Shown here: positions 26,835 through 48,967 of the stretch, one piece after another
How the letters are laid out: the number at the start of each line of letters is the position of its first letter
How positions within the stretch are numbered: the first letter of the stretch is position 1
Assembly: GCF_009914755.1 (NCBI RefSeq)
Contig: NC_060929.1
DNA length: 64,000 bases
Reading direction: 5' to 3' (one strand)
Source of the DNA: the human T2T-CHM13v2.0 reference genome, Homo sapiens
Notes under the pieces: generated by a model
What the model saw: the letters and a program-made list of their open reading frames with translations, nothing else
Told to the model about the DNA's origin: nothing
The model's database searches: none
Position numbers and translations under genes: made by a program

Positions 26835-29800
26835 TCATGTGGCTGAGGCCAGAGGACTGCCTGAGCCCAAGAGTTCAAGGCTGCAGTAATCTATGATCAT
26901 GCCACAGTACTTCAGCCTGGGTGACAGAGCAAGATACTATCTCAATAACAAAATATAAAAATAAAAGTTTTTTTATTTGAAAAAAGCCTAAGTAGCTGGA
27001 GCTCAAGAACTAAATTCTAGGCAAGGTATATGCCAAAGGAAAATACAACAATTAATCCCAAAACAATAGATAATGCAAAGCTTATAATGTGAATTAAGCC
27101 ACTTCCATATTCTACAGTCTCTTATAAAAATCTCCCAAATTCCTTCAAAGAATACACCTAATAAGGAAGGTTTTATTGATATACACATAATTACTTGCAT
27201 ACATAAGAGATGGATTCAGAGGGAAAAAGGAAAGTATAGTATTTCAAATGGTCAAAAGATTTTTTTAAAATCTTTTTCTTACTAAGGCTGGCTGATATTT
27301 AGAAAGGGTCAAGCTATTCTAAAATGGTGATGTTTGCACAACACTGTGAATGTAATTATTTTGTTTATTTTTTTAAAGACAGAGTCTCACTATGTTGCCT
27401 GGGCTGGTCTCCAACTCCTGGGGCTCAAGCAATCCTCTCGCCTCATCATCCCAAAGTGCTGGGATTACAGGCATGAGCCACCCCGCCTGGTTGGTGAATG
27501 TAATTAAATCTGTCATGGAAAGTTTAAATCCGTTGTAAGAAGCATGTGAAGACTCCATGTTGATAAAACAACTTTCATAACCCAACACATTCAGATTAAA
27601 AACACGGCAAAACCCACCTCTACTAAAAATTTTTTAAAAATTAGCCGGGTGCGGTGGCATGCACCTCGTGGTCCCAGTTACTTGGGAGGCTGAGGTAGAA
27701 GGATCACTTGTACCTGGGAGGTCAAGGCTGCAGTGAGCTGTGATCTGGCACTGCACTCCAGCTTGGGCGATAAAGCAAGAACCTGTCTCGAGAAACCAAA
27801 CCAAGCCCTCCACACATCCCCCAAACCTAACTCACTACCACAGTATGTTTGAAAAGCTAGGGATCTGTGCCAACACCCTTAGGAAAAAGTCTTTCCCTTC
27901 CCAACAATCTACTTATTAAGCAATAATTTTTTTTATATGTTAACCTGCAACACACCTGAGTTAATTTCACTAAACCACAATTAACTCTTAATTATCATGA
28001 CAATAATGGAGAATAAAAGCGTCCATAATCAAATTCCAGAAATAATCCTTTTAGTACAAGAGCCTCTTCCCTGACCCCAGTTACATCAGGGCCCATGTCC
28101 TCTCTCCAAAAGAAAATAAAGACGTTTGGTGGTTAATGTTCCTTTTTCTAAACTTCATGTACAGCAGAGCTTACGGTCCAGAGAACTCAGTCCTCAAAGA
28201 AACTGATACTATAGCTATCTAACTGGATACCACCGGTAATAAATTACCCAAAGCTAAGATTTCACGCTTTTTAAAGCCCATATTAATAATGCCTGTCTGG
28301 TCATAAGTCACACTACCAAAAGGCTTAAATAAATTAATCCACATACATTACGGAGAAGAGCAAAATGCTTATGACAATATTAAAATGAGTGTGAAAAAAA
28401 TTTAATTAAAACTAAACACTAGCGATAACAAATACTAATATATTTCAGAATCATTAATGATCAACACAATTAGAGGAAGATTCATTTTGATCCTTCAATT
28501 TCACCTTAACCCAAGGCTGTTTTAAATCGTGCCCTTTTTATCTTCCTGCTTTGTTGTCACTGAGGATCTCAATATGCCAGTAATAATGCTACGACATAAA
28601 ATACACTATAAAGTAGCATTTTCATGGACTTTTTCAAGACAACTTCCACTGAGTTCTCAAGTTATTTACCCAGGATTTAGTCATACAGGATACCCACAGA
28701 TTTTAATAAAGTGGCATGGCTAACCATCATGGAATTCAGGAAATCCATTAGCCAAAAAACTTAGGTGTACATGGTTTGTGAAGAGAGCTTAAGTGACAGG
28801 GCAAGCAACTGGTCTAAATGTTAGTATGCTACGAAAAAGTTGTAAACCCTCCCATACCCAAACAATTTAAAAATTTACAGACATGCACATTTTAAGGCAG
28901 CTAACATTAGGTCACAAATCAAACCAACGCTGTCATCTTTGCCTAAAGGCTGTTTATCACTAAAATATTCTACAGAATGGACGTAACCAAAGGTCACTTA
29001 AATAAAGATAGAACTAATTTTATTATTATACTGCCATACTACAACTACTACTGATTGAATTAAAATACCTATCCTCAGCACGCTTTTACTATAAAGTAGG
29101 AGTGCGTTCCCGTGTTAGAAAACTTTTAAAGTACTGATCTTACTGGGTGGGGTAAGTCAGGGTCCAACTGCATTTGTACTTTTATCCTACATATTTTCCT
29201 TCTACGTAAGACAGATGGGAATGTGATTAGCCCACCCCGACAGCACACCGGCCTAACACCCCCAAGCTCTAGCTAGGAGCCACGTTTTACCCGGGAAGAC
29301 CGTTTCCCCACCCCTCCTTAATACAATGCCTGCGGCCACTGGAGACTCCTCCAGCCGAGCTCCAGAAACTCGCAGGTTTAAATGGCCAATCTGGAACCAA
29401 CCGGGGCAGCTGTCATCTGAAACTCAGGAAAGCTGAGACCAGCCAACTCCACAGAACAAGGAAGGGTGCGGAAAGATGTGGCGGGGCCCGTCGGAGGGAA
29501 CGCATCAAGCTCCCTCCCCCCGCCATCAATTCGCTTTTCTGCAACCCCGGCGCCGCCATCCTGATCCTCAATAATTAAACGGCCTGGAGAGGGAGTGAGG
29601 TGGCCAGAAGGGCAGCTTCGGGTCCGACTTCCCCGAGCCGAGCGGGGCGGTCGGCGAGGCCAAGGGCTACGTCCCCGGCGCTCAGAGGACTTTTCTTCAG
29701 GGCTGGGGCGGGAAGGGGCGACCCCCGCGGCTGGCAGGACAGCCGGAAGCGGAGCGCGGGGAATGACGTGGAAGAGGGGATGACAAAGGGGCGCGGGGGC

Positions 29801-29887
29801 CCGGCGCGGCCCGCGGGGGTCGGGACAGGTGGCCGGGCCTGGCCGGGAACAATGGGGGGCCGAGGCTGCCCCCTGGCGCTCACCTAC

Positions 29888-29957
29888 CTCCGGTGCCCTC
29901 CGAGTTCTCGTTGAGGCTGCCCGAGGAGTCGTGCTGGGCGCCCACACACCCGCCCAT
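29888..29957 (-). CDS. UBTD2: UBTD2 (ubiquitin domain-containing protein 2), coding part of exon 1 (70 nt, phase-1 intron); later exons lie beyond the window start
   Basis: Reverse complement ATG GGC GGG TGT GTG GGC GCC CAG CAC GAC TCC TCG GGC AGC CTC AAC GAG AAC TCG GAG GGC ACC GGA G|GTAGGT = [23 protein letters not shown], the UBTD2 N-terminus as I recall it, followed by a canonical donor. Too short for the ORF track. Confidence 0.93.
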
Positions 29958-30443
29958 GGGGGCCCCCGGCGCCTCGTCCGCCACCTCCGGACGCTCGTCC
30001 GGGCCCGCCGCCGCCGCCGCTGCAGCCTCCTCCGGCGCCACCGCCGAGCTCCGGACAGGCGCGCCGCTCCGCTCGCCCGCCGCGGCCCAGCCTCCGCCCC
30101 CCTCGCCGCTCCACCCACCGCCTTGGCTCGGCCCCTTCCTCCGCGCCCACTTCTACCTCAACCCCCGGGCCGCCCGCCCGGCAGGCCTGGCCCGCGCGCC
30201 GCCCTCGCCTTCGGCTCAGCCCCGCCAGGCCAGGGCTGGCCCATCCCGGGCGGGCCGCAGCGCCCGCCTCGCCCCCTCACAGCCCCGCACACCCGAGTCC
30301 AGGCGAGCCCCGCGCCGGCGCCTCGCGTCCGCCAGGACCCATCGGCCCCCGGCCCGCGGCGCCGCCCTCCGCACCCACGGCCTGGGCTCGGCCCGGCCCG
30401 CCCGGAATCGCCGGAGAAGGGCGGGGCCACCGGAGGCCGCGCT

Positions 30444-30453
30444 CTGATTGGCT
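30444..30453 (-). promoter_or_regulatory. CCAAT box (NF-Y consensus AGCCAATCAG)
   Basis: + strand CTGATTGGCT, upstream of exon 1, in UBTD2 sense orientation, next to GC boxes. Confidence 0.65.
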
Positions 30454-32589
30454 GCGGGCGGGGCTGCGAGCGGAGCGGGGCGAGGGTGAGGCGGGGGAGG
30501 GGACGCAGGGGGCTAGGTGGGGGGAGGACTGCAGGCGGGGGGAGGACTGGAGGCGAGGGGAGGAGGAGAGAGGGAGGACGGGAAGAAGAAAGGAGAGGGA
30601 AGAAGGGAGGGAAAGCAGGAAAAAGCCGAACAAAAGTGAGAAAAGAGGAGTGGGAAGGGGCGAAATCGAGTTCCTGGCTCCTCGGCCGTCGGCTCCTTCT
30701 TGCTGGTGGAAGCGGGTCGCACGGGGGAACCGAGAAGTAGTCGTGGAAGACTCGCAGGCGGGGACGGGGCGGTTTCCCAAATAACGGGGGCTCGGGGGAG
30801 AGTGTCCTGGCCGAACGTTGAGGTCCCAGCGCCCTTTGAATTTGTATGGCGCTCCGTGGGTTGGTACCCCGAATCTGGGCTTCCTCTTGCCTGCCCACCC
30901 CCGTCTTCCCTAAAATCATGGGGCCCCATTATTAGGGGTGGAGGCAGTGGTTGTGGCAAACCAAACTGAGATTAGAGGCGAGGCGTCCTGATGGAACGCC
31001 TGGAAAGAAGAGATAAACGCTGACCTTAGTTCAGGGGGCGTGGGTTTCTTTCATTTTCACGGGATTAATGATTCAAACAATACTACTTATCAAGATCCTG
31101 CCTTTGGGTATCTTAAATCGTCCTTAGGCCAAAGTGAAGTGTAAATGAGTGAAACACCCTGCCTTTTCGAATCTAGAATTTGGGACATTGACCACGCCCA
31201 ACATTCTTGGCGGTTACTTTTCCAATCTCAGCCAAATTGTTAATGGTCCCTTTAGAATTGTGCTTCGTGCTATGATGCCTTAAAATTGTTATCATCCTGC
31301 TTGGGACTTTCTAAAGCTTATTTCTGCCTAAGAAGCTGTTTTAACTATCTGCTCCATTTTTATATCAGACTTTCTTTTTTTAACATCCTGGGTCAGCTTT
31401 TGCTTAGCACGAAAAAAAATTTTTTAAGTTGAAATACCTAAGAAAGAGATGCTCTGCAGCTTGGGATTTGCATTTAAATATATTCTCATACATTGCTGGT
31501 GGGAGTGTAAATTGGTTCAATCTTTTTTGCAAAGCAATTTGGCAATGCAGATCAAGAGCCTTAAAAATGTTCATATCCTTTGACTCGGGATTATTCCACA
31601 TCTGGAAATCTAGCTCACAGAAATAGATCAAGCTATTATACAAAGATTTAGATCTCTGTATTCATTTGATAAAAAGACAGTAGACAAGCAAAACCTACAC
31701 TTAGGTTAAAACACAGAAATGTCGTGAGATATAGAAATCTGCTATATTAAACTCATCCTGAAGAATTAGTATTGTCCTCAGTTGTGGTCCTGAACATTCC
31801 AAAAAGAGCTTATGCCATCGATGTTATTATGAGTTTTCAGAGGTTGCTCTGACATCAGGGGCTGTGTCACAAAGCCTTCTGTCTGATCATTTTCAACTAA
31901 CTATACACGTTGGCAGACACATCACTTCATCACTTCCCTGAAGAAGAGAAGCTGCATGCCGAATATTTGCAAAGAGATTGCTTTGTCCTGAATTTCACTC
32001 TAGAAATTGCAGAAACCAAGACTTCCACGATGTCTATTAAACAGATGGTAGGCACCCAAATGATGAGGGCTCTCCGATGAGCACTGAGGAGTTGGCACTA
32101 GGAAGAGAGAGCAATCTCGGGGAGAGATTCTCAGCAATAGATGTTCTCCACCCTGCCTTTATCTTAGAGACACATTTCCCAGGAGGCAGAGTAGTGTCGC
32201 AGTCAGGGCCCCAGCTTGGCGATTAACTTCCTGGATTGGAATCTGGCTTTCATCGTGTACTAGCTATATGGTCTGAAGTTTCTGCCAGACATGGTGGCTC
32301 ACGCCTGTGATCCCAGCACCTTGGGAGGCTGAGGTGGGAAGCTCACTTGAGCCCAGCTGTTTCAGACCAGCCTGAGCAACATAGGGAGACCCTGTCTCTA
32401 CGAAAAAATTTTAAAAATTAGCGGGGCGTGGTGGTGAGCGCCTGTAGTCCCAGCTACTCAGGGGGCTGAGGTGGGAGAATTACCTGAATCCAGAGAGGTG
32501 GAGGCTACAGTAAGCTGTGATCGCGCCACTGCACTCCAGTGTGGGTGACAGAGCGAGACCCTGTCTCAAAAAAAGAAAAAAGAAAGTTT

Positions 32590-33197
<608 letters not shown>

Positions 33198-33314
33198 GTT
33201 TATGTGGAGTTCAGTTTCCTCACCTGTAAAATTGGGCCAAAAATAATGCTCCAAACTCTGTGGGGCTTTTCATCAACTCTTTATTTCATGTCTAGCATCA
33301 TCTATCTAAATTTA

Positions 33315-33629
<315 letters not shown>

Positions 33630-33689
33630 CTATCAAAACAATTCCTTCTTTGTGTGTGTGTGTGTGTGTGTGCACATGTGCTTTTCTAC

Positions 33690-38040
<4,351 letters not shown>

Positions 38041-38159
38041 TGTATTGTCCTCTTTATGTACTGTTGCATTCTATTTGCTAACTTTTTTTTTTCAGAATCA
38101 TAAACAGCTCTTTTATTTCTATATTAAAATGATTTTTGTGGCATATTTAGCAATTTAAA

Positions 38160-38710
<551 letters not shown>

Positions 38711-38865
38711 TAACATTTTGTTCTAAATTATTGCATCTCTGGTTATGAATATTTGCCTATAATTTTTTTTTGAGACGTAGTTTCGCTCTTGTTGCTTGAA
38801 CCGCCTCCCAGGTTCAAGCACTTCTCCTGCCTCAGCCTCCCAAGTAGCTGGGATTATAGGCATGA

Positions 38866-39126
<261 letters not shown>

Positions 39127-39344
39127 TGATCCACCCACCTTGGCCTCCCAAAGTGCTGGGATTACAGGTGTGAGCCACCGCACCTGGCCCTAAGTTTGTA
39201 TTTTTAGTAGAGACAGGGTTTCTTCATGTTGGTCAGGCTGGTCTCGAACTCCTGACCTCAGGTGATCCACCACCTCGGCCTCCGAAAGTGCTGGGATTAC
39301 AGGCGTGAGCCATTGCACCCAGTGTCTATAGTTCTTTTTTTCCT

Positions 39345-40098
39345 TAAAGGTCTTTGTCCACTTTTTGTATCAGGTATTATTTTGATTTTATGGAAGAGAA
39401 AAGGAAACTCTAAAGAACGGAGGAATGCAGATAAGCAGCAGCAGCAACCCTAGGGCTGAGACAGTGCACTTAAGGAAGAGGCCCTTCTAGGGCTGAGAGC
39501 CAGTGCCCCATTGCTGGAGGGGATATGGCCTTGGCTTGGTGAATGGCAGAGAAGTTCCTCTTGTGCCACACCAGTGGAAGTTGCTGGAAATCCCTTCTCT
39601 AGGACTTGCTGATAATATGCCCTGTAATGCTGAAAGGCTGTTTATAGGAGGTACCCCACTTAGAGCCATTCTGCTGTGAAACTACCGGGTACTACGAAGT
39701 ACCTGGAGAAATTGCTCATTGCTAGGTGGTGTAGGCTTCTGCATATTGCAGGATCTGGGCCTTGGAGAAGCTGCCCACCACCTCAGGAGCCTGGTGCTGG
39801 AGCAACATATATACTGAAGGAGCTATGCTAGAGAAGCTTGTTTGTGCCGCAAAAGCTGGCCACTTAGAAAGGCTGCACACAGCGCAGGAACCTGGCACTG
39901 GAGAAGCCACCCAGGCTGTGGAAACCTACTGAGTGAGTGAGCCTCCTGCAGTGTCTCTCCAGTGCCCTCTACTGTCAAAGCTAAACATTGTGCCAGCTGG
40001 CAAAGAAACAATATTTAAAGGGCCCATATTCATTTTCACAGAGCAGGCAATGAAGATTGAGTTTGCATCTGAGATTCAACAATTTGATAACTGGCATA
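39345..40098 (-). mobile_element. LTR41-like ERVL solo LTR
   Basis: Reverse complement begins TATGCCAGTTATCAAATTGTTG...CTTCATTGCCTGCTCTGTGAAAATG...GGGCCCTTTAAATATT...GCCAGCTGGCACAATGTTTAGCTTTGACAGTAGAGGGCACTGG, which matches my recollection of LTR41; left boundary approximate. Confidence 0.6.
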
Positions 40099-40253
40099 AT
40101 GTTCTACCTGAAAACTTTAAAACCTGTGCTTCACAACTCTTGGATCTAGGGAATTACAGAAATTAAAGAATTGCTACAAATCCAAATCTATGGGATATAT
40201 GTAAAGCACATATCCCCAGAAAAACTCATATATCAAAAGAAAATTCATAGCCC

Positions 40254-40615
40254 TGTTAAAATTTTTAGACAAATTACATTAAAGCAGAATTTATTTAAGC
40301 AAAGAATAATTCATGAATCAGGCAATCCTCAAAACCAGAACAGGTTGAAAGATTTGTAGCCTGCAATGTGGGCAGGCAGCACTTATGAATACTTCAGGTG
40401 ATTACAGCTCAGCATTTGCTTTATTTGAACATGGTCTAATCAGTTGCCCAACTGTGATTGACTGAGGCTTGGCTAGTGTGACCGGCTGAGACTCAGCTAC
40501 TGTTACAAAAGTATACTCCTAAGTTAGGCTTGTAGTTCGCTGATGTACTAAGGTTACAATTTGTTCCATAAGGACTCAAGTACAGAGGCATCCTCAAGCC
40601 AAATTTAGTTTAACA
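40254..40615 (-). mobile_element. 3' LTR of the provirus
   Basis: TGTTAAAA...AAGTATACTCCTAAGTTAGGC...CCAAATTTAGTTTAACA; preceded on the minus strand by the purine tract GACCAAAATGGAGGAAT (40616-40632). Confidence 0.85.
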
Positions 40616-40809
40616 ATTCCTCCATTTTGGTCAGCCTCTCAATTTTTGAGAGATTGACCTAAACCTTGAGCATTGATGCCACTCTCTGTCACCATTGCAA
40701 ATGGACCTATTTGGTTTTAGTATGAAATTCACAAGTCACAAAGTCACAGCAGTTGAATAATTCTTGATGTTCTTGATGATCTAATTGAAGTGAGACCACT
40801 GAACACTCA

Positions 40810-42900
<2,091 letters not shown>

Positions 42901-42985
42901 CCATGATCTTGGGAAAGAGTCCACATCTAGAATGCCTTCTGCTTCTGGAGGGAAAAGTTCCCTCACCAGCTTTACCTGAAAGTCT

Positions 42986-43399
42986 CCCACAGGTATACAG
43001 CTTCAGGAGTCTCGAATCCCACAGGTATACGGCTTCAGGAGTCTCGAATCCCACGGGCGTACGGCTTCAGGAGTCTCGAATCCCACGGGCGTACGGCTTC
43101 AGGAGTCTCGAATCCCACGGGCGTACGGCTTCAGGAGTCTCGAATCCCACGGGCGTACGGCTTCAGGAGTCTCGAATCCCACGGGCGTACGGCTTCAGGA
43201 GTCTCGAATCCCACGGGCGTACGGCTTCAGGAGTCTCGAATCCCACGGGCGTACGGCTTCAGGAGTCTCGAATCCCACGGGCGTACGGCTTCAGGAGTCT
43301 CGAATCCCACGGGCGTACGGCTTCAGGAGTCTCGAATCCCACGGGCGTACGGCTTCAGGAGTCTCGAATCCCACGGGTGTACGGCTTCAGGAGTCTTGA
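42986..43399. repeat. 32-bp minisatellite, about 13 copies (CCCACGGGCGTACGGCTTCAGGAGTCTCGAAT)
   Basis: Head-to-tail units start at 42986, 43018, 43050 ... 43370; units 3-12 are identical. Confidence 0.97.
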
Positions 43400-45700
<2,301 letters not shown>

Positions 45701-47112
45701 CCAATCTTATTTCTTTAATTCAGGAAAGTACCAGAGTAAACAATCATTTGTGAGTTACAAAGATTAACCATTTGTGAATGGTTAAAGATCTGATTAAAGT
45801 TAATTACAATGTTAATACAATTCACAACAAAATTTGATTATTTCTCTTGCATGCAACATTTTAAAATAATAACTAAAATTATGAATGATAACATTCTACC
45901 AGGACTATTTGATTTCTATAAATATCATATAATTTCTAAAACACACATTAATAACACGTCCATACAAATATAATTCAAAGAAGGTTTACTATTACTTATC
46001 ATTTGGCAATGCTTCCCATATAATTTAATATATTTAATAGGCTCAATTCATGTGATATCTCTCTTTTTATAAGGAAAGGTATCATTCTGAGATATTCCAA
46101 AGGCCCACCTGGAAAAATTCAAAGTTAATTCAAGGTCAAGAAAAAGACTTCATTTAGATTTTGATTTTGGGGGAGTTTGTCAAACATATCAAAGATTTAA
46201 AACATTTGATCAAAATAGGTTCACAGGTCACTGTGAACAATAGTCATTCATTTAACCAAAGTGACAATTAAAAGGCTTCAAAGGCAAATACAGAAAGTTA
46301 CATAGCTGTAAAAAAAAAAAAAAAAACCTCAGCTCAAGTGTATAAAACATTTATACACTTAGCTTGGAGCTAAGGTTTTTTTTGACAACCATGTAACTTT
46401 CTGTATTTAGTCAACTTTCTGATCTCTCAGTTTTCTTAAGTGACCGAAAACCCAATAAAGACAACACAAGGCTGGTTGCAGTGACTCATGCCTGTAATCT
46501 CAACAGCCTGGGAAGCTGAAGTGGGAGGATCAGTTGAGGCCAGGAGTTCAAGACAAGCCTGGCGAGCATAGTGAGACCCATCTTTACAAAATAAAAAAGT
46601 AGCCAGGTGTGGCAGTGAGCACCTGTAGTTCTAACTACTTGGGAAGCTGAGGCATGGGGATGGCTTGAGCCCAGGAGTTCAAGGCTGCAATGAGCTATGA
46701 TATGCCACTGTACTCCACCCTGGGCAACAGAGTGAGACCCTGTCTCTTAAAAAAAAAAAATTGAAGCACAGGAAAATTTCTTGGTAAGACACAGAATCTT
46801 TTTTTCCCCTAGGCCAATTACCTAAAAGGTAAAGAAAAATTGTTAACAATTTTCTGTTAAGATCAGAGGCCAATACTCTAAGAAAACCTTGTTGTTTTAA
46901 CAGAGAAGGCCAAATTCTAGTTTTGCTATTAATGCTCAGTTTTTTAGGAAAAACATTCTAAATAATTCCCTACATCACACATAAAATTTATATCACAAGA
47001 TTCATCTTCCACACACCTACAACCTTCTTATCCATTCAGGTTTTGCTCCTATACTTTTTCTCTTCTCATTTGGAACAACTAACCATTCTACTTCAGGAAA
47101 AAATTACTCTCT

Positions 47113-47731
47113 TTTATGCAGCCAAAAGACACATGAAAAAATGCTCATCATCACTGGCCATCAGAGAAATGCAAATCAAAACCACAATAAGATACCATCT
47201 CACACCAGTTAGAATGGCAATCATTAAAAAGTCAGGAAACAACAGGTGCTGGAGAGGATATGGAGAAATAGGAACACTTTTACACTGTTGGTGGGACTGT
47301 AAACTAGTTCAACCATTGTGGAAGTCAGTGTGGTGATTCCTCAGGGATCTAGAACTAGAAATACTATTTGACCCAGCCATCCCATTACTGGGTATATACC
47401 CAAAGGACTATAAATCATGCTGCTATAAAGACACATGCACACGTATGTTTATTGTGGCACTATTCACAGTAGCAAAGACTTGGAACCAACCCAAATGTCC
47501 AACAATGATAGACTGGATTAAGAAAATGTGGCACATAAACACCATGGAATACTATGCAGCCATAAAAAAATGATGAGTTCATGTCCTTTGTAGGGACATG
47601 GATGAAATTGGAAATCATCATTCTCAGTAAACTATCGCAGGGACAAAAAACCAAACACCGCATGTTCTCACTCATAGATGGGAATTGAACAATGAGAACA
47701 CATGGACACAGGAAGGGGAACATCACACTCT
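47113..47731 (+). mobile_element. Young L1PA fragment (ORF2 end and start of 3'UTR), truncated at both ends
   Basis: [43 protein letters not shown] is near-identical to human L1 ORF2p; stops at ...CATCACACTCT with no poly(A). Confidence 0.93.
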
Positions 47732-48136
47732 CAGGCTGGTCTCAAATTCCTGACCTGAAGTGATCTGCCCTCCTCAGACTCGCAAAACGCTGGGATTACA
47801 GGTGTGAGCCACCGCGCCTGGCCTCTTTTTTTTTTTTTTTTTTTTTTTTTGAGACATAGTCTCATTCTGTCGCCCAGGTTAGAGTGTAGTGGTGCGATCT
47901 CTAGGAACCTCTGCCTCCTGGGTTCAGGTTCAAGTGATTTTCATGCCTCAGCCTCCCAAGTAGCTGGGATTACAGTGCATGCCACCATGCCCTGCTTAAT
48001 TCTCATATTTTTAGTAGAGATGGGGTTTTGTCATTTTGGCCAGGTTGGTCTCAAACTCCTGTCCTTAAGTGATCCAGCCGCCTCAGCCTCCCAAAGTGCT
48101 GGGATTACAGGCATGAGCCACAGCACCCGCACATAA

Positions 48137-48405
<269 letters not shown>

Positions 48406-48559
48406 TAATTTTTGCATTTTTAGTAGAGCTGGGGTTTCGCCACGTTTGCCAGGCTGATCTCAAACTTCTGCCCTCAAGGGATCAGCCTGCCTCAGCCTCC
48501 CAAAGAGCTGGGATCACAGATGTGAGCCATCACACTCTGCCAATGGAGGTTTACTTTGG

Positions 48560-48577
48560 ATCCCACTTCCGATGCCA
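48560..48577 (-). other. Primer-binding site, tRNA-Leu type
   Basis: Minus strand TGGCATCGGAAGTGGGAT, 3 nt after the LTR end; 15/18 identical to TGGTGTCAGAAGTGGGAT, the complement of the tRNA-Leu(CAA) 3' end. Confidence 0.8.
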
Positions 48578-48580
48578 ATC

Positions 48581-48967
48581 TGTTAAAAGAAAAACTTCAA
48601 AGTAAATTTAGCAGAGTTTATTTGAGCAAAAAACAATTCACAAATGAGGCAATCCTCAAAACCAAAACAGGTTCAGAGAGCTCTAGCCTGCAATATGGTC
48701 AGGCAGCGTTTATGGACAGAAAATGGAGGTACAGAGACAGCTCTATTGATTACAGCTGGGCATTTGCCTTATTTGAACATGGTCTCCTCAGCTGGGGGCT
48801 GCGACTGACTGAAGCTGGGCTGCTATGATTGGCTGAGACTCAGATATTAGCTCCAAAAGTATACTCCTAAGTTAGGCTTTTAGTTAATTTATGTACTAAG
48901 TTAGGTTGCAGTTTGTTCCATAAGGACTCAAGTATGGAGGCATCCTTAGGCCAAATTTAGTTTAACA
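48581..48967 (-). mobile_element. 5' LTR of the provirus
   Basis: Colinear with 40254-40615 (shared AGGCAATCCTCAAAACCA, TTATTTGAACATGGTCT, TTGTTCCATAAGGACTCAAGTA, CCAAATTTAGTTTAACA). Confidence 0.85.

Larger units (their letters stand above)
29400..30960. promoter_or_regulatory. CpG island / promoter of UBTD2
   Basis: Abrupt rise in GC and CpG, GC boxes, no repeats; surrounds the first exon. Confidence 0.92.

Noticed and set aside
30003-30022. CGG repeat in the UBTD2 5'UTR as an expansion locus
   Set aside because: Only about 5 uninterrupted units, ordinary for a CpG-island leader.
29378-30969. Long ORFs (303, 253, 246, 184 aa) over the CpG island
   Set aside because: Pro/Arg/Gly/Ala-rich stop-poor frames on both strands, mostly without ATG starts, as expected in GC-rich DNA; the real coding frame is the 70-nt UBTD2 exon.
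42986-43399. CRISPR-like array (32-bp repeat)
   Set aside because: Units are head-to-tail with no unique spacers, there are no cas genes, and the context is a primate ERV; it is a minisatellite.
48560-48577. tRNA-Leu gene
   Set aside because: Only the 18-nt 3'-end match exists, next to an LTR; it is a primer-binding site.
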